64,000 nt of DNA from a virus. Below, piece by piece: positions 56,091 through 64,000 of this stretch. The stretch's first letter is position 1; the number at the start of each line of letters is the position of its first letter. Both the position numbers and the translations under genes were made by a program. Location of the stretch: the IMG/VR virus record IMGVR_UViG_3300023174_000096, positions 32,001-96,000 of that record; one strand, written 5' to 3'. The notes below the pieces were generated by a model. It saw nothing but the letters and a program-made list of their open reading frames with translations, had not been told where the DNA came from and searched no databases.

Positions 56091-58753
56091 AGGGTTCCTC
56101 CTACCATCGGCAGCTTCCCGCCCCAGACCGTTGAGACCACCGCCGTGAGGTCCTCGTCGTTCGGCCCCAGCACCTTGACACGCGCCGTGGGCGCGCTCGC
56201 CCCCGCCGCAATCTTCTGCGCCAGTGCCTCGACCTCACCTAACGAAAAACTCTTTACCTTGTGCATGACCGTGGGGGTTTCCACTGCCTTTTCGGTGGGT
56301 TGGGCCTTGGGCTTGTCCACCTTCGGGCCGATGCCCTTGAAGCACCCGTCGAGCTCGGGCGGGCACTCGCCCTTCTTGCGGATCTTCTTGAGGTCCCACG
56401 GCACGGTCCAATCAGGCCCCATCTCCACGTCGGACGTGAGGGGGACGGCCCAGCCCAACCGCTGGAGGAGGGGGTTCCGGCACATGATGCCGACGAACAG
56501 GTCGATGGCCTCCTCCAGAATGTCCTTGTCGATCTCAAACACCAGTTCGTCGTGCATGGTGATGAGCATATGCACTTTCTCCAGCCAGCCGCGCTGCTTG
56601 CAGTCCTTGTAGATGAGCCCCATCGCGATCTTGGTGATGTCGGCGGACGTACCCTGCACCGGGCCGTTCACGGCGTTACGCTCGGCCTTGGCGCGGAACC
56701 CCCCAAGCTCGTGGTCGATGTCGGGAAGGGGGTACCGCCGCCCGAAAGCCGTGGTCACGAACTTGTGCTTCTTGGCGTACAGGGCTTGGGTCTTCCACCA
56801 GCCCGACAAGGTGCCGTAGGTCTTGTCAAACTGCTCCTTGATCCGCCAGCCCTCGTTCTTGTCGCAGCCCACAGCGGTCACCACGGCGTTCCCGCCGCCG
56901 CCGTAGCACAGGGCGAAGTTACACGCCTTGGCGAAACCACGGAGTTGCTTCCACTCGGGCCGCTTCGGGGCATCCTCGCCGTAGACGGCGAGGGCCGTGA
57001 GGGTGTGGAGGTCACCGATCTTGTCGCTCCCGCAGTCCGGGCAGTAGGGGGGCGGGGCCACGGGGATGGGGTCTTCCGCCGTCCCCATCGGGAACATCCG
57101 GTCGCAACCGGAGCAGTGAAAGAACTCCCGCAGCCACTTGCCCTCGCCCGACAGGTTGGTCACGATGCGGAGCTCGACGCCGCTGAAGTCGATGGCGGTG
57201 AGCACCTTGCCCGGTCGGGCGATGATGCACTCCCGCACGCGCGCGAGACACGCGGGACGGTTCGGGTCGTAGGTGGCGGGCGTCCCGTGGAACGGGAATC
57301 GGGTGCCGCCGTCCACCTTGGGGTCCTTGCTCGATGGGGCGTTGAAGCGTCCCGTCTCGATGCTGTGCGCGTTGAAGTAGGCTCTCAGCGTGCCGTCCGT
57401 GTGGGCGTCCTCGATGATGGGCAGAAGGTACGTCGAGAGGGCCTTGCTCACCTCGCGGAACCGCTTGATCTTGCCCGCGAAGGGGAATTTGTCGCCCACC
57501 TTCTCCAGCACCTCCTCCAGCGTGTCCTTGCTCGTGTCAACCTGCCCCGACTTCTCGGTGGCCGTGAGACCCGGCACCTTGCACTCGCGGAGGAGCTTGC
57601 CGAGTTGCTGGGCGGACAGAACGTCGTACACCACCGGGAACTCCACGTCCTCGGACACCCCCTTGGTGGTGATCGAAGCCACCCGCTTGGTGACCGTGGC
57701 GATCTTGCCCTTCTCCTTCATGGGGTCGAGCTTCGCCTTGGTGGCAGCAGTCCGCGCCGTGTCGATCCGGTCGGTGTAGCTCGGGGTCACCACCTCGGGG
57801 TCGAAACGCAGAGACTCCAGCCCCTCCACGGAGCCCCGGAGCACCCGGTAATACCCCGGGCGGATGTCCCGGCCCACGAGGGAGGATGAGCTCTCGTACA
57901 CCTCCTCCAGTGCCGCGATCCACTCACGCTGACCGATGCGGATGAGCTCCTTGGCCTTGTTCTGGTCGGTGAGGATGCGGGCGCGCTCCATCCAGCGGGT
58001 GCTCGCCACGCACAACTTCTCAATGGCGTACACCACGTTCTGACCCACCACGCCCATGCTGGGCTCCAGAACCTCGGGGGCGAGCTTCTGGTACAGGTTC
58101 CAAGTGCAGATGGCGTCCGACGCGCCGTACCACGTCACGGGCTCCCAAGACGGGTCGAGATCGGAGAAATCAAGCCCTCCCTTGCGCTTGTCCTCGGGGA
58201 AAAGCTCATCGAGCTCGATCATCTCCATGCCGAGTTCGGTCTTGGAGAGGTGCTTCAGACCCTTGGTTTTCGACCGGGTGTCCCGCAGGTACGCGAGGAT
58301 GAGGGTGTCGTCCCACTTCTTGGGCTCGTCCCACTCACCGATGGGCTCGCCGCCGCAGTTCTGGAGGAACTCTTGGTCGAACTTGCCGTTGTGGAACACG
58401 GCGATGGAGGGGCTCGCCACCAACCGCAGCATCTCCCGCTTCCACAACGACCACGACACGTTGTGCTCGATGCCCGTGCGGTGACGCAGCGGGATGTAGT
58501 ACCCGCGTTTGCCGTCCGGGGACAGGCAGCACCCGACGATCTTCGACACCGTCTCCCCGTCGTAGACGCAGGAGTTCAGCCCGGTGGTCTCAAGGTCGAG
58601 GGCGTACCGACCGCTGGCGATGCAATCGTCGATGATGCCGGGGAGGGTGTCGTTGGTGGCACGGGCGAGGGTGTAGTCACCCCCCTGCATCCACGACTTG
58701 GGCGCGACCTTGAGGGCGGTAGACTCTTGGAGGAAGTCGAACAGGTCCATCAC
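56087..58753 (-). CDS. polA: DNA polymerase family A with 3'-5' exonuclease
   Basis: Exonuclease DLETTG, HNGKFD, YGASDA; motif A DFSGVELR; motif B RGFAKACNFALCYG; motif C MHDEL. Confidence 0.95.
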   Translation of the reverse strand: MMDLFDFLQESTALKVAPKSWMQGGDYTLARATNDTLPGIIDDCIASGRYALDLETTGLNSCVYDGETVSKIVGCCLSPDGKRGYYIPLRHRTGIEHNVSWSLWKREMLRLVASPSIAVFHNGKFDQEFLQNCGGEPIGEWDEPKKWDDTLILAYLRDTRSKTKGLKHLSKTELGMEMIELDELFPEDKRKGGLDFSDLDPSWEPVTWYGASDAICTWNLYQKLAPEVLEPSMGVVGQNVVYAIEKLCVASTRWMERARILTDQNKAKELIRIGQREWIAALEEVYESSSSLVGRDIRPGYYRVLRGSVEGLESLRFDPEVVTPSYTDRIDTARTAATKAKLDPMKEKGKIATVTKRVASITTKGVSEDVEFPVVYDVLSAQQLGKLLRECKVPGLTATEKSGQVDTSKDTLEEVLEKVGDKFPFAGKIKRFREVSKALSTYLLPIIEDAHTDGTLRAYFNAHSIETGRFNAPSSKDPKVDGGTRFPFHGTPATYDPNRPACLARVRECIIARPGKVLTAIDFSGVELRIVTNLSGEGKWLREFFHCSGCDRMFPMGTAEDPIPVAPPPYCPDCGSDKIGDLHTLTALAVYGEDAPKRPEWKQLRGFAKACNFALCYGGGGNAVVTAVGCDKNEGWRIKEQFDKTYGTLSGWWKTQALYAKKHKFVTTAFGRRYPLPDIDHELGGFRAKAERNAVNGPVQGTSADITKIAMGLIYKDCKQRGWLEKVHMLITMHDELVFEIDKDILEEAIDLFVGIMCRNPLLQRLGWAVPLTSDVEMGPDWTVPWDLKKIRKKGECPPELDGCFKGIGPKVDKPKAQPTEKAVETPTVMHKVKSFSLGEVEALAQKIAAGASAPTARVKVLGPNDEDLTAVVSTVWGGKLPMVGGTL

Positions 58754-58759
58754 GGGACG

Positions 58760-61216
58760 TTACGCCCGCAAGAATCCATAGCCGTACACCCCCGGACGAA
58801 GGCGATCTGACAGAGCCTTGAAAGCTACCTGAAGTGCGGCCCAGCCCGCCGGGTCGTAGTCGCGAAACAGCGTTTTCAACTGATACACACCAGCGTCGTG
58901 ACACCCCAAGTGAAGCTCGGGCCGTGACGTAGCGAAGCTCTCCCGGTGCGGGAGGGTGCTCACCAGCAAGGTGTCGAGCAGGGCAAGACACTCGCGGGCT
59001 TCGGGTGACAGGTCGAGGCCCGCGATGATTGTGGCGAGGTAGCTGTCCTCCGTCTCGCCCCTCACGTCGCTGTACAAACCTTGGGTGTCGGGGCGGTCGT
59101 AGAGAGCGCGGGACTCCTCACGGGTGCGCCAGAACCAGTGGTTTTTGATGCGATGCGCCTTGCCCTTGTACTGCACGTCCCTCATGGCGGTGCAGTTGTT
59201 CTTCCCGTGGAGTAGGGCATAGACGATGGTGTCATCGTTCCACTGACGGTAGGCGTCCACGGTGTCCGTGGGCGCAAGGTACTCGTCCGTGTGGATAGAC
59301 CACGCATCAGTCACGAGTTTTCTCGCCGCGTAGAGGGCCGTGCAGCGGCGGAAGGATTCGCCGGGCATGACTGAGATCCCATGGGCCATGCTTGAGCACG
59401 ACGACGTAAAGAACACATCGGTATCAGATTTTTGCAGGTTGTTACCCACAGTCGTCAAATAGCCCAACGCACCGTGGACCATCGTGCCACGGCAACCCGG
59501 ACCTTCCTTCACCTTGAGACCACTCGAAAACTGCGGGGCATCAACCGCCTTGAGTCCCTTGATGGGCTCCCGCACCCAGTCACTCGCCGCCAGACCGTCG
59601 CTGTTGTAGATGGCCTTGACTCCCGTGGCACTCACGTTGAAATCCGCCACGTCCTTCAACGCGATGGGGAGGGTGACGGTGCTGTCCGTTTTGCCTTCCG
59701 ACCACACGGTAAACGAGATGCCCCACGCCCCAGACACGTCCGCGAAGTGCGAGGCTTGGAAGAGCATCCCCGACCGATAGGCATACCGCCCGTACCAGAA
59801 ATCACGGAACCCCTTGTAGCTCGCGCTGCACATGAACGTGACGCCACTGAACAGGGCCACGGTCGAACGGGCGAACCCGTAGCCCTCGGCCAGCTTGGCA
59901 CAGCGGTACATGAACTGGGCATAGAGTTGCTGCGAGCTTGCCCCGATCTTGGCCTTCTTCATCTGCGTGTTGACCGCAGTGATGGCAATCCCCGCCTTGT
60001 GGTCCCCATCTTCGGTCCCGGCGTTGTTCGCCGTCCCATACGGCGGGTTGATGAAGAAAACCAGCCGCTTGCCAGCCTTCGCGGCACTACGCAGCATGGC
60101 GTCCACGGCGTCGGGGATCACGTTCTTTTCCGCGAAGAACGGCGAGGAATCGTCATTCAAGAAATCGTAGGTGAAGAGGGTGCAGCCGGGGTTGTATCCC
60201 TGACTGCGAATCACCTCCACGTCGGCCTTCTCAACGGTCGAGAGAATCAGGTCACGGAAGGTGTAGTCGCGGGTGAGGTTCCCCGTACCGGCGGCGCAGT
60301 CCCACACCACACACTCGTCCCGCCAGTTGGGGCCAAGTTCAGCCTCAACCATGCGGTGGGCCTCGTCTACCCACAAGGTTGGGGTAAAGAACGCCCCAGA
60401 GCGCCTACGGGCGTCATCCTCCATGAGGCGGTCCTTGGCCGCGTAGAACGCCTCGACCTCGCTAGGCTTGTATCCACGGACGAAGTGCCCCGTGAAGCTC
60501 TCCCACTGGTGCCCGTTGACGGGGATCTTGCGACCCTCGACGACCAACAGGTTCTTGTTGGTGGGGTGTTGGTACACGTCGTCGGGCTTGAACAAGCACC
60601 GAAGAAATACGTCCACCTGTTCCACGGGGGTCAGCCCCGAGGTCTTGAGGAAGATGCGATCTTGCCACTGTGCAAACATGGCTGCGATGTTGGACAGGGT
60701 GGCCCGCACGCGGTGAACCTCACCCTTGGCGAGCATCTCAATCTTGGCGATCACGTCCTTGAAGTCACAGTCCGCCACGTCGAACACGAACGGCGACACG
60801 TCCAGCCCGGTAATCAAGGCTTGCGTGAGGTCGGGCGAACCTGCCGATGGGGGCACCTTCCAGTCAATAGGGAGGGCGAGGAACCGTTGCACCGCAGCGG
60901 TGTCCAAGGCGAAGCACTCGTTCTTGTCTCCGACGAAAAGGACGTTGGGAAGGGGCTGACCCGACGCCTCAAACTTCTTGATGTACAAGACCATCTGGCC
61001 CAACACCCCGCACTGGTCCGTGCGGGCCTTGAGGTTGCGGTCGTACTTGAACTCCAGCAGCGCCCGCACGGTGCCCCACTGAGCATAGCCGTCCGTGCCG
61101 TAGGGGGACGTGATGCCCACCGAGGGAACGCTCTGCGTGAGCTCCCCCCGGTAGGCGTTCTCTACGTCCTTCTCATTGCGGGCGGCTTCGAGGAGTGCCT
61201 TGGTTTGCGTTCTCAT
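58760..61216 (-). CDS. Type IIG-like restriction-modification enzyme (nuclease + N6-adenine MTase + specificity region)
   Basis: TDG...LLEFKY nuclease motif; GAFFTP, VWDCAAGTGNL, INPPYG; ATG 61216 after GGGCGTAA. Confidence 0.8.
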   Translation of the reverse strand: MRTQTKALLEAARNEKDVENAYRGELTQSVPSVGITSPYGTDGYAQWGTVRALLEFKYDRNLKARTDQCGVLGQMVLYIKKFEASGQPLPNVLFVGDKNECFALDTAAVQRFLALPIDWKVPPSAGSPDLTQALITGLDVSPFVFDVADCDFKDVIAKIEMLAKGEVHRVRATLSNIAAMFAQWQDRIFLKTSGLTPVEQVDVFLRCLFKPDDVYQHPTNKNLLVVEGRKIPVNGHQWESFTGHFVRGYKPSEVEAFYAAKDRLMEDDARRRSGAFFTPTLWVDEAHRMVEAELGPNWRDECVVWDCAAGTGNLTRDYTFRDLILSTVEKADVEVIRSQGYNPGCTLFTYDFLNDDSSPFFAEKNVIPDAVDAMLRSAAKAGKRLVFFINPPYGTANNAGTEDGDHKAGIAITAVNTQMKKAKIGASSQQLYAQFMYRCAKLAEGYGFARSTVALFSGVTFMCSASYKGFRDFWYGRYAYRSGMLFQASHFADVSGAWGISFTVWSEGKTDSTVTLPIALKDVADFNVSATGVKAIYNSDGLAASDWVREPIKGLKAVDAPQFSSGLKVKEGPGCRGTMVHGALGYLTTVGNNLQKSDTDVFFTSSCSSMAHGISVMPGESFRRCTALYAARKLVTDAWSIHTDEYLAPTDTVDAYRQWNDDTIVYALLHGKNNCTAMRDVQYKGKAHRIKNHWFWRTREESRALYDRPDTQGLYSDVRGETEDSYLATIIAGLDLSPEARECLALLDTLLVSTLPHRESFATSRPELHLGCHDAGVYQLKTLFRDYDPAGWAALQVAFKALSDRLRPGVYGYGFLRA

Positions 61217-61224
61217 GGTGACTG

Positions 61225-61275
61225 TTACGCCCGGGGGCCTACCCGCACTCTTCTGCGGTGACCGATCAATCGGTC
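61225..61275 (-). promoter_or_regulatory. GGGCGTAA promoter-like motif plus GACCGAT-CA-ATCGGTC inverted repeat
   Basis: Perfect 7-bp inverted repeat ~30 nt upstream of the recurrent motif. Confidence 0.45.
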
Positions 61276-61329
61276 GGGGGGTCTTCGCCGTCTGGTTCGC
61301 TATTCCGGCGCACCCGTCGGTTCCCCCTG

Positions 61330-61806
61330 TCACTTCGTGTCGAAGGCGTACAACCCGTGCCCGCCGTCCGTGAGACACTGGGCAAGGGACTCACGCCCTT
61401 CGATGGTGGAGAACCGGGGGGCGAACTTCGACGCCTTCACGGTGGCGAGCTTCACCCACCACTCCGCGCCCGTGTCCCGGCAACGAAACCCCAAACGCAG
61501 GGTGCGGGGGTCGTCCACGGCCTCGATCACCGTGTCGGGGGCCGCGTAGACGACGTGATCGGTGATGTCCGTGAACATCCCCTCTACGTCGGTCCACGCC
61601 TCGGGTGCCCCGGCACGGGACTCCTTGACGTGACTCACCCACGGGCCGTTGATGCCGCCCCACACCTCGAACGTGCGAAAGGTGTCGCCCTTGCGGCAGG
61701 TGATACGGGCGGGGTCCCCTTCGCGCCCTTCGCCCGCCTCGACCTTCGTGACCGTGAACCCCACCAGCAGCGGGGCCAGAACTTCATGGAACGCCTTCAT
61801 AAACAA
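61330..61806 (-). CDS. Hypothetical protein (158 aa)
   Basis: Genome-typical codon use. Confidence 0.65.
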   Translation of the reverse strand: MFMKAFHEVLAPLLVGFTVTKVEAGEGREGDPARITCRKGDTFRTFEVWGGINGPWVSHVKESRAGAPEAWTDVEGMFTDITDHVVYAAPDTVIEAVDDPRTLRLGFRCRDTGAEWWVKLATVKASKFAPRFSTIEGRESLAQCLTDGGHGLYAFDTK

Positions 61807-61821
61807 CCTCTTGATCCGGGG

Positions 61822-62337
61822 TCATACCTTCTCCGTGCCGCCGTTGAGCGGGTGCGCCGTCACCTCACAGGTGTACTTCCCGCCCCGGTCTACCGTCTCG
61901 GCCTCGGCGGCGTCCTTCGCCTCGTCCAGCGTGTCGTACACCCCGACGACGTAGCTATGCTGCTCCCGGTCGCCCCATCGCAGGGCTTCCACGACGTAGA
62001 GGATTTTCGATTCCCTAGACTCAAGCTCCGCGAGCTTGGCCCCCAAATTGGGAATCTGTTGAATGACGGGTTCTGCGGGAATGTCGATGAGTTGCACATC
62101 AAGCCGCTTCACCGGGTATTTCGCCGCACGTTCCTCGATGGGTGACGGGGGCGGGGTGACTACCGCACCCGTCTCCACGGTGCCCATCTTCGGGCACCAC
62201 TCGGGCGTTCGCCCGGTGGGCGGGACCAAGTTGTCCCCCGGTGCGTCGGAGTGTTCGCAGCGCATCTCGTCCGACAACGGTCGCTCCCAGAGGTAGTAGC
62301 ACCCGCCGCACAGGACGATGTTCAGCCGGGTCGTCAT
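61822..62337 (-). CDS. Hypothetical protein with N-terminal Cys-rich domain (171 aa)
   Basis: CGGC...C...PEWCP; ATGA-coupled. Confidence 0.65.
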   Translation of the reverse strand: MTTRLNIVLCGGCYYLWERPLSDEMRCEHSDAPGDNLVPPTGRTPEWCPKMGTVETGAVVTPPPSPIEERAAKYPVKRLDVQLIDIPAEPVIQQIPNLGAKLAELESRESKILYVVEALRWGDREQHSYVVGVYDTLDEAKDAAEAETVDRGGKYTCEVTAHPLNGGTEKV

Positions 62338-62837
62338 CGCTTCTTCCCCAACAGTATCCTCTCGTCCTCGGCCTCGCAGATCGAAGCTGCGCCGACGTTC
62401 ACGGCCACGGCGTCGAGGGCCGCATGAACCTTCGCGTCCTCGTCGGCTTGGACTTGGGTGAGCTCCCCGATGTAGACGGGCACGGCACCCTCGGGCAACG
62501 GCTCGACTTGGATCATCGACCGCCCAAGGTAGCCCGTCACCGAGTCACGGTAGTCACACTGGGTACACCGCACGCTTCCCGCCCACGGGGACATCAGCAT
62601 CAGACCCGTCGTGCGCTCCATCCCCGCCTTGCACCGGGGGCAGGAGAACTCGGGGCCGCACGGGCTCCACGAGATGGCGAACAGGTTGGCGACCTGTAGC
62701 GGGATGGACTTCTGCGCCGCTTCCCACAGTTCTTTCGCCTCACGGATGACCCGCTCACGCTCCTCATCGGGCATGGTATGGCGGGCCTCGTTGTCCAGCA
62801 GGGCTTGGACGAGCTTGTCGGTGTAGGGGGTCTTCAC
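62334..62837 (-). CDS. Zn-ribbon hypothetical protein (167 aa)
   Basis: CPRC...CTQC; start 9 nt after GGGCGTAA. Confidence 0.65.
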   Translation of the reverse strand: MKTPYTDKLVQALLDNEARHTMPDEERERVIREAKELWEAAQKSIPLQVANLFAISWSPCGPEFSCPRCKAGMERTTGLMLMSPWAGSVRCTQCDYRDSVTGYLGRSMIQVEPLPEGAVPVYIGELTQVQADEDAKVHAALDAVAVNVGAASICEAEDERILLGKKR

Positions 62838-62875
62838 GGGGAGACGTTACGCCCGAAGAGGCGGTAGCGTCGGGC

Positions 62876-63181
62876 ATGGAAGCACTGACCTTGGTTCGCA
62901 ACCGGGTGCCCCGCTACGGGGACACCTACGTCTTGGACCTACCCACCAAGGGAGCTCTCGCGGAGGTGCCCGGTCGCGTCGGCGCGGCACCGCAGGTGTT
63001 CATCGGGTGCTGGAGCAACGAAACGTACCCGCCGGAACAGAACGGGGAGCAGAAGCGCGCCCTCGTTGAGATCCTCACGGGCCTTCGCGGCGCGCAGACC
63101 GACGCTTACCGGGTGGTGTTGATCGACAGGAACATGAAAGACTCGGTGGACCGAGAGGTCGCCGGGTGGTGGCCCTACTAG
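62876..63181 (+). CDS. Hypothetical protein (101 aa)
   Basis: Divergent ORF with genome-typical codon use. Confidence 0.6.
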   Translation: MEALTLVRNRVPRYGDTYVLDLPTKGALAEVPGRVGAAPQVFIGCWSNETYPPEQNGEQKRALVEILTGLRGAQTDAYRVVLIDRNMKDSVDREVAGWWPY

Positions 63182-63206
63182 GGCCTCCCCCTCAACCCAC
63201 CTGAGA

Positions 63207-63644
63207 TCACGTTTTGGCGTCGGGCTCCTCGACCACGACCACCACGCCGTCCCGCCAGTAGCGCACGACAAGGTTGACGAGGGTCGCCTCCTCGCCCGTG
63301 AACGTGGTGGGCTCCCAGCAGTCGGGGAGCTTCGGTCCCGGCACGCAGTTCGGGGTGGCGTTGAGGCACGAGCGTCGCTGGGCGCAGGGTGTCTCCACCA
63401 CGGGGAGTCTCTTGACCAGCGCCTTGGGTGGTGGTCCTAGCACCTTCATCAACGGGGTGGCGTGGCCGCGCAGGGCTTGGTCGAGCACCAGCTTCGGGAT
63501 CACCGAGAACAGCGGCTCCCAATCCGTCCCGACGAGGAAGTGCAAAGCGCCCCACGGGCCACCCGTCTCCGTGGGGATCACCCGTGCGATGGTGGGCTCG
63601 CCCCACCGGGGGTCGGGGAGCTTGACGGTGACGATGCCCTTCAT
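63207..63644 (-). CDS. Hypothetical Cys-containing protein (~145 aa)
   Basis: ATGA-coupled start at 63644. Confidence 0.6.
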   Translation of the reverse strand: MKGIVTVKLPDPRWGEPTIARVIPTETGGPWGALHFLVGTDWEPLFSVIPKLVLDQALRGHATPLMKVLGPPPKALVKRLPVVETPCAQRRSCLNATPNCVPGPKLPDCWEPTTFTGEEATLVNLVVRYWRDGVVVVVEEPDAKT

Positions 63645-63859
63645 CTGTTTTGGTATCTGGCGCGGAGCTCGTTGATGGGCTCGCTCAGAGGGTGCCCCGC
63701 TGCTTGAAGGCACTCCAAGATGCGCCCGTCCTCGTACGGGTCGTCGGACATCCCCAACACGGATTCGATCTTGTCTGCCTCGGACATCTCGCCCCAGCAT
63801 TGAGCACAGGGATCGTAGAAGCCGTCTTCCCGGGTGTGATTGAACGAAGGCATAGGCAC
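63641..63859 (-). CDS. Hypothetical protein (~70 aa)
   Basis: GAGG RBS; GGGCGTAA upstream. Confidence 0.55.
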   Translation of the reverse strand: MPMPSFNHTREDGFYDPCAQCWGEMSEADKIESVLGMSDDPYEDGRILECLQAAGHPLSEPINELRARYQNR

Positions 63860-63870
63860 CTCGGCGTAGA

Positions 63871-64000
63871 TTACGCCCGGGGCCGCAGCAGGGCCGTCAG
63901 CAAAGATCGCATCGGACCCGTGTCACCTTGGTCCTCCAGCACCCGCGCCCGGTCGAACGCCTCCCACAGCTTCAGCACCCGTGGAAGGGGCTCCGTGCGC
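63871..64000 (-). CDS. Partial hypothetical protein (C-terminus ...LLRPRA*)
   Basis: Open frame running in from the right edge. Confidence 0.45.
   Translation of the reverse strand, partial: RTEPLPRVLKLWEAFDRARVLEDQGDTGPMRSLLTALLRPRA

Noticed and set aside
57025-57120. Intein in DNA polymerase
   Set aside because: Too short and lacks the C...HN splice motifs; it is a Zn ribbon.
1-64000. CRISPR arrays, tRNA/rRNA genes, DGR/reverse transcriptase, integrase, alternative genetic code
   Set aside because: No spaced direct repeats, cloverleafs or RT/integrase motifs seen; genes tile densely under the standard code with all three stops in use.

Overview
A 64-kb, very GC-rich, gene-dense segment of a large tailed-phage genome, probably a jumbo myovirus. 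It contains contractile-tail and baseplate genes (gp25-like, baseplate J/gp6-like, wedge/tail-I-like, several 850-2800 aa virion proteins, a Cys-rich neck-like protein) and replication and nucleotide genes (family A DNA polymerase, dcd, tdk, PIN-PhoH). It also carries two adenine methyltransferases (MT-A70 and a Type IIG-like restriction-modification fusion), nucleases (SNase, SLX1-like GIY-YIG, a PD-(D/E)xK homing endonuclease) and many small hypothetical genes. I saw no tRNA, rRNA, CRISPR array or integrase. The most striking signal is an apparent cargo-addressing and processing system. Four unrelated proteins share a ~30-aa N-terminal leader (LRSK[LVI]IRLAHxxPxLRPHLLPLL..K[TVE]A). Two polyproteins carry [KR]xA|small-residue junctions and R[VL]AxR[YF] helices between their domains: one is Ntn hydrolase + CCA-adding enzyme + WGG domain + RNase-like domain, the other is a split DUF5872-like protein + zincin protease. 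Most of these genes sit behind the same CTAT-N~10-TAG motif that precedes the virion genes. My inference is capsid-packaged, protease-matured effectors. A second motif (GGGCGTAA) marks non-structural genes. Two structured-RNA candidates and apparent CCWGG avoidance are also visible. All family assignments come from motif recognition by eye; no database searches were run.
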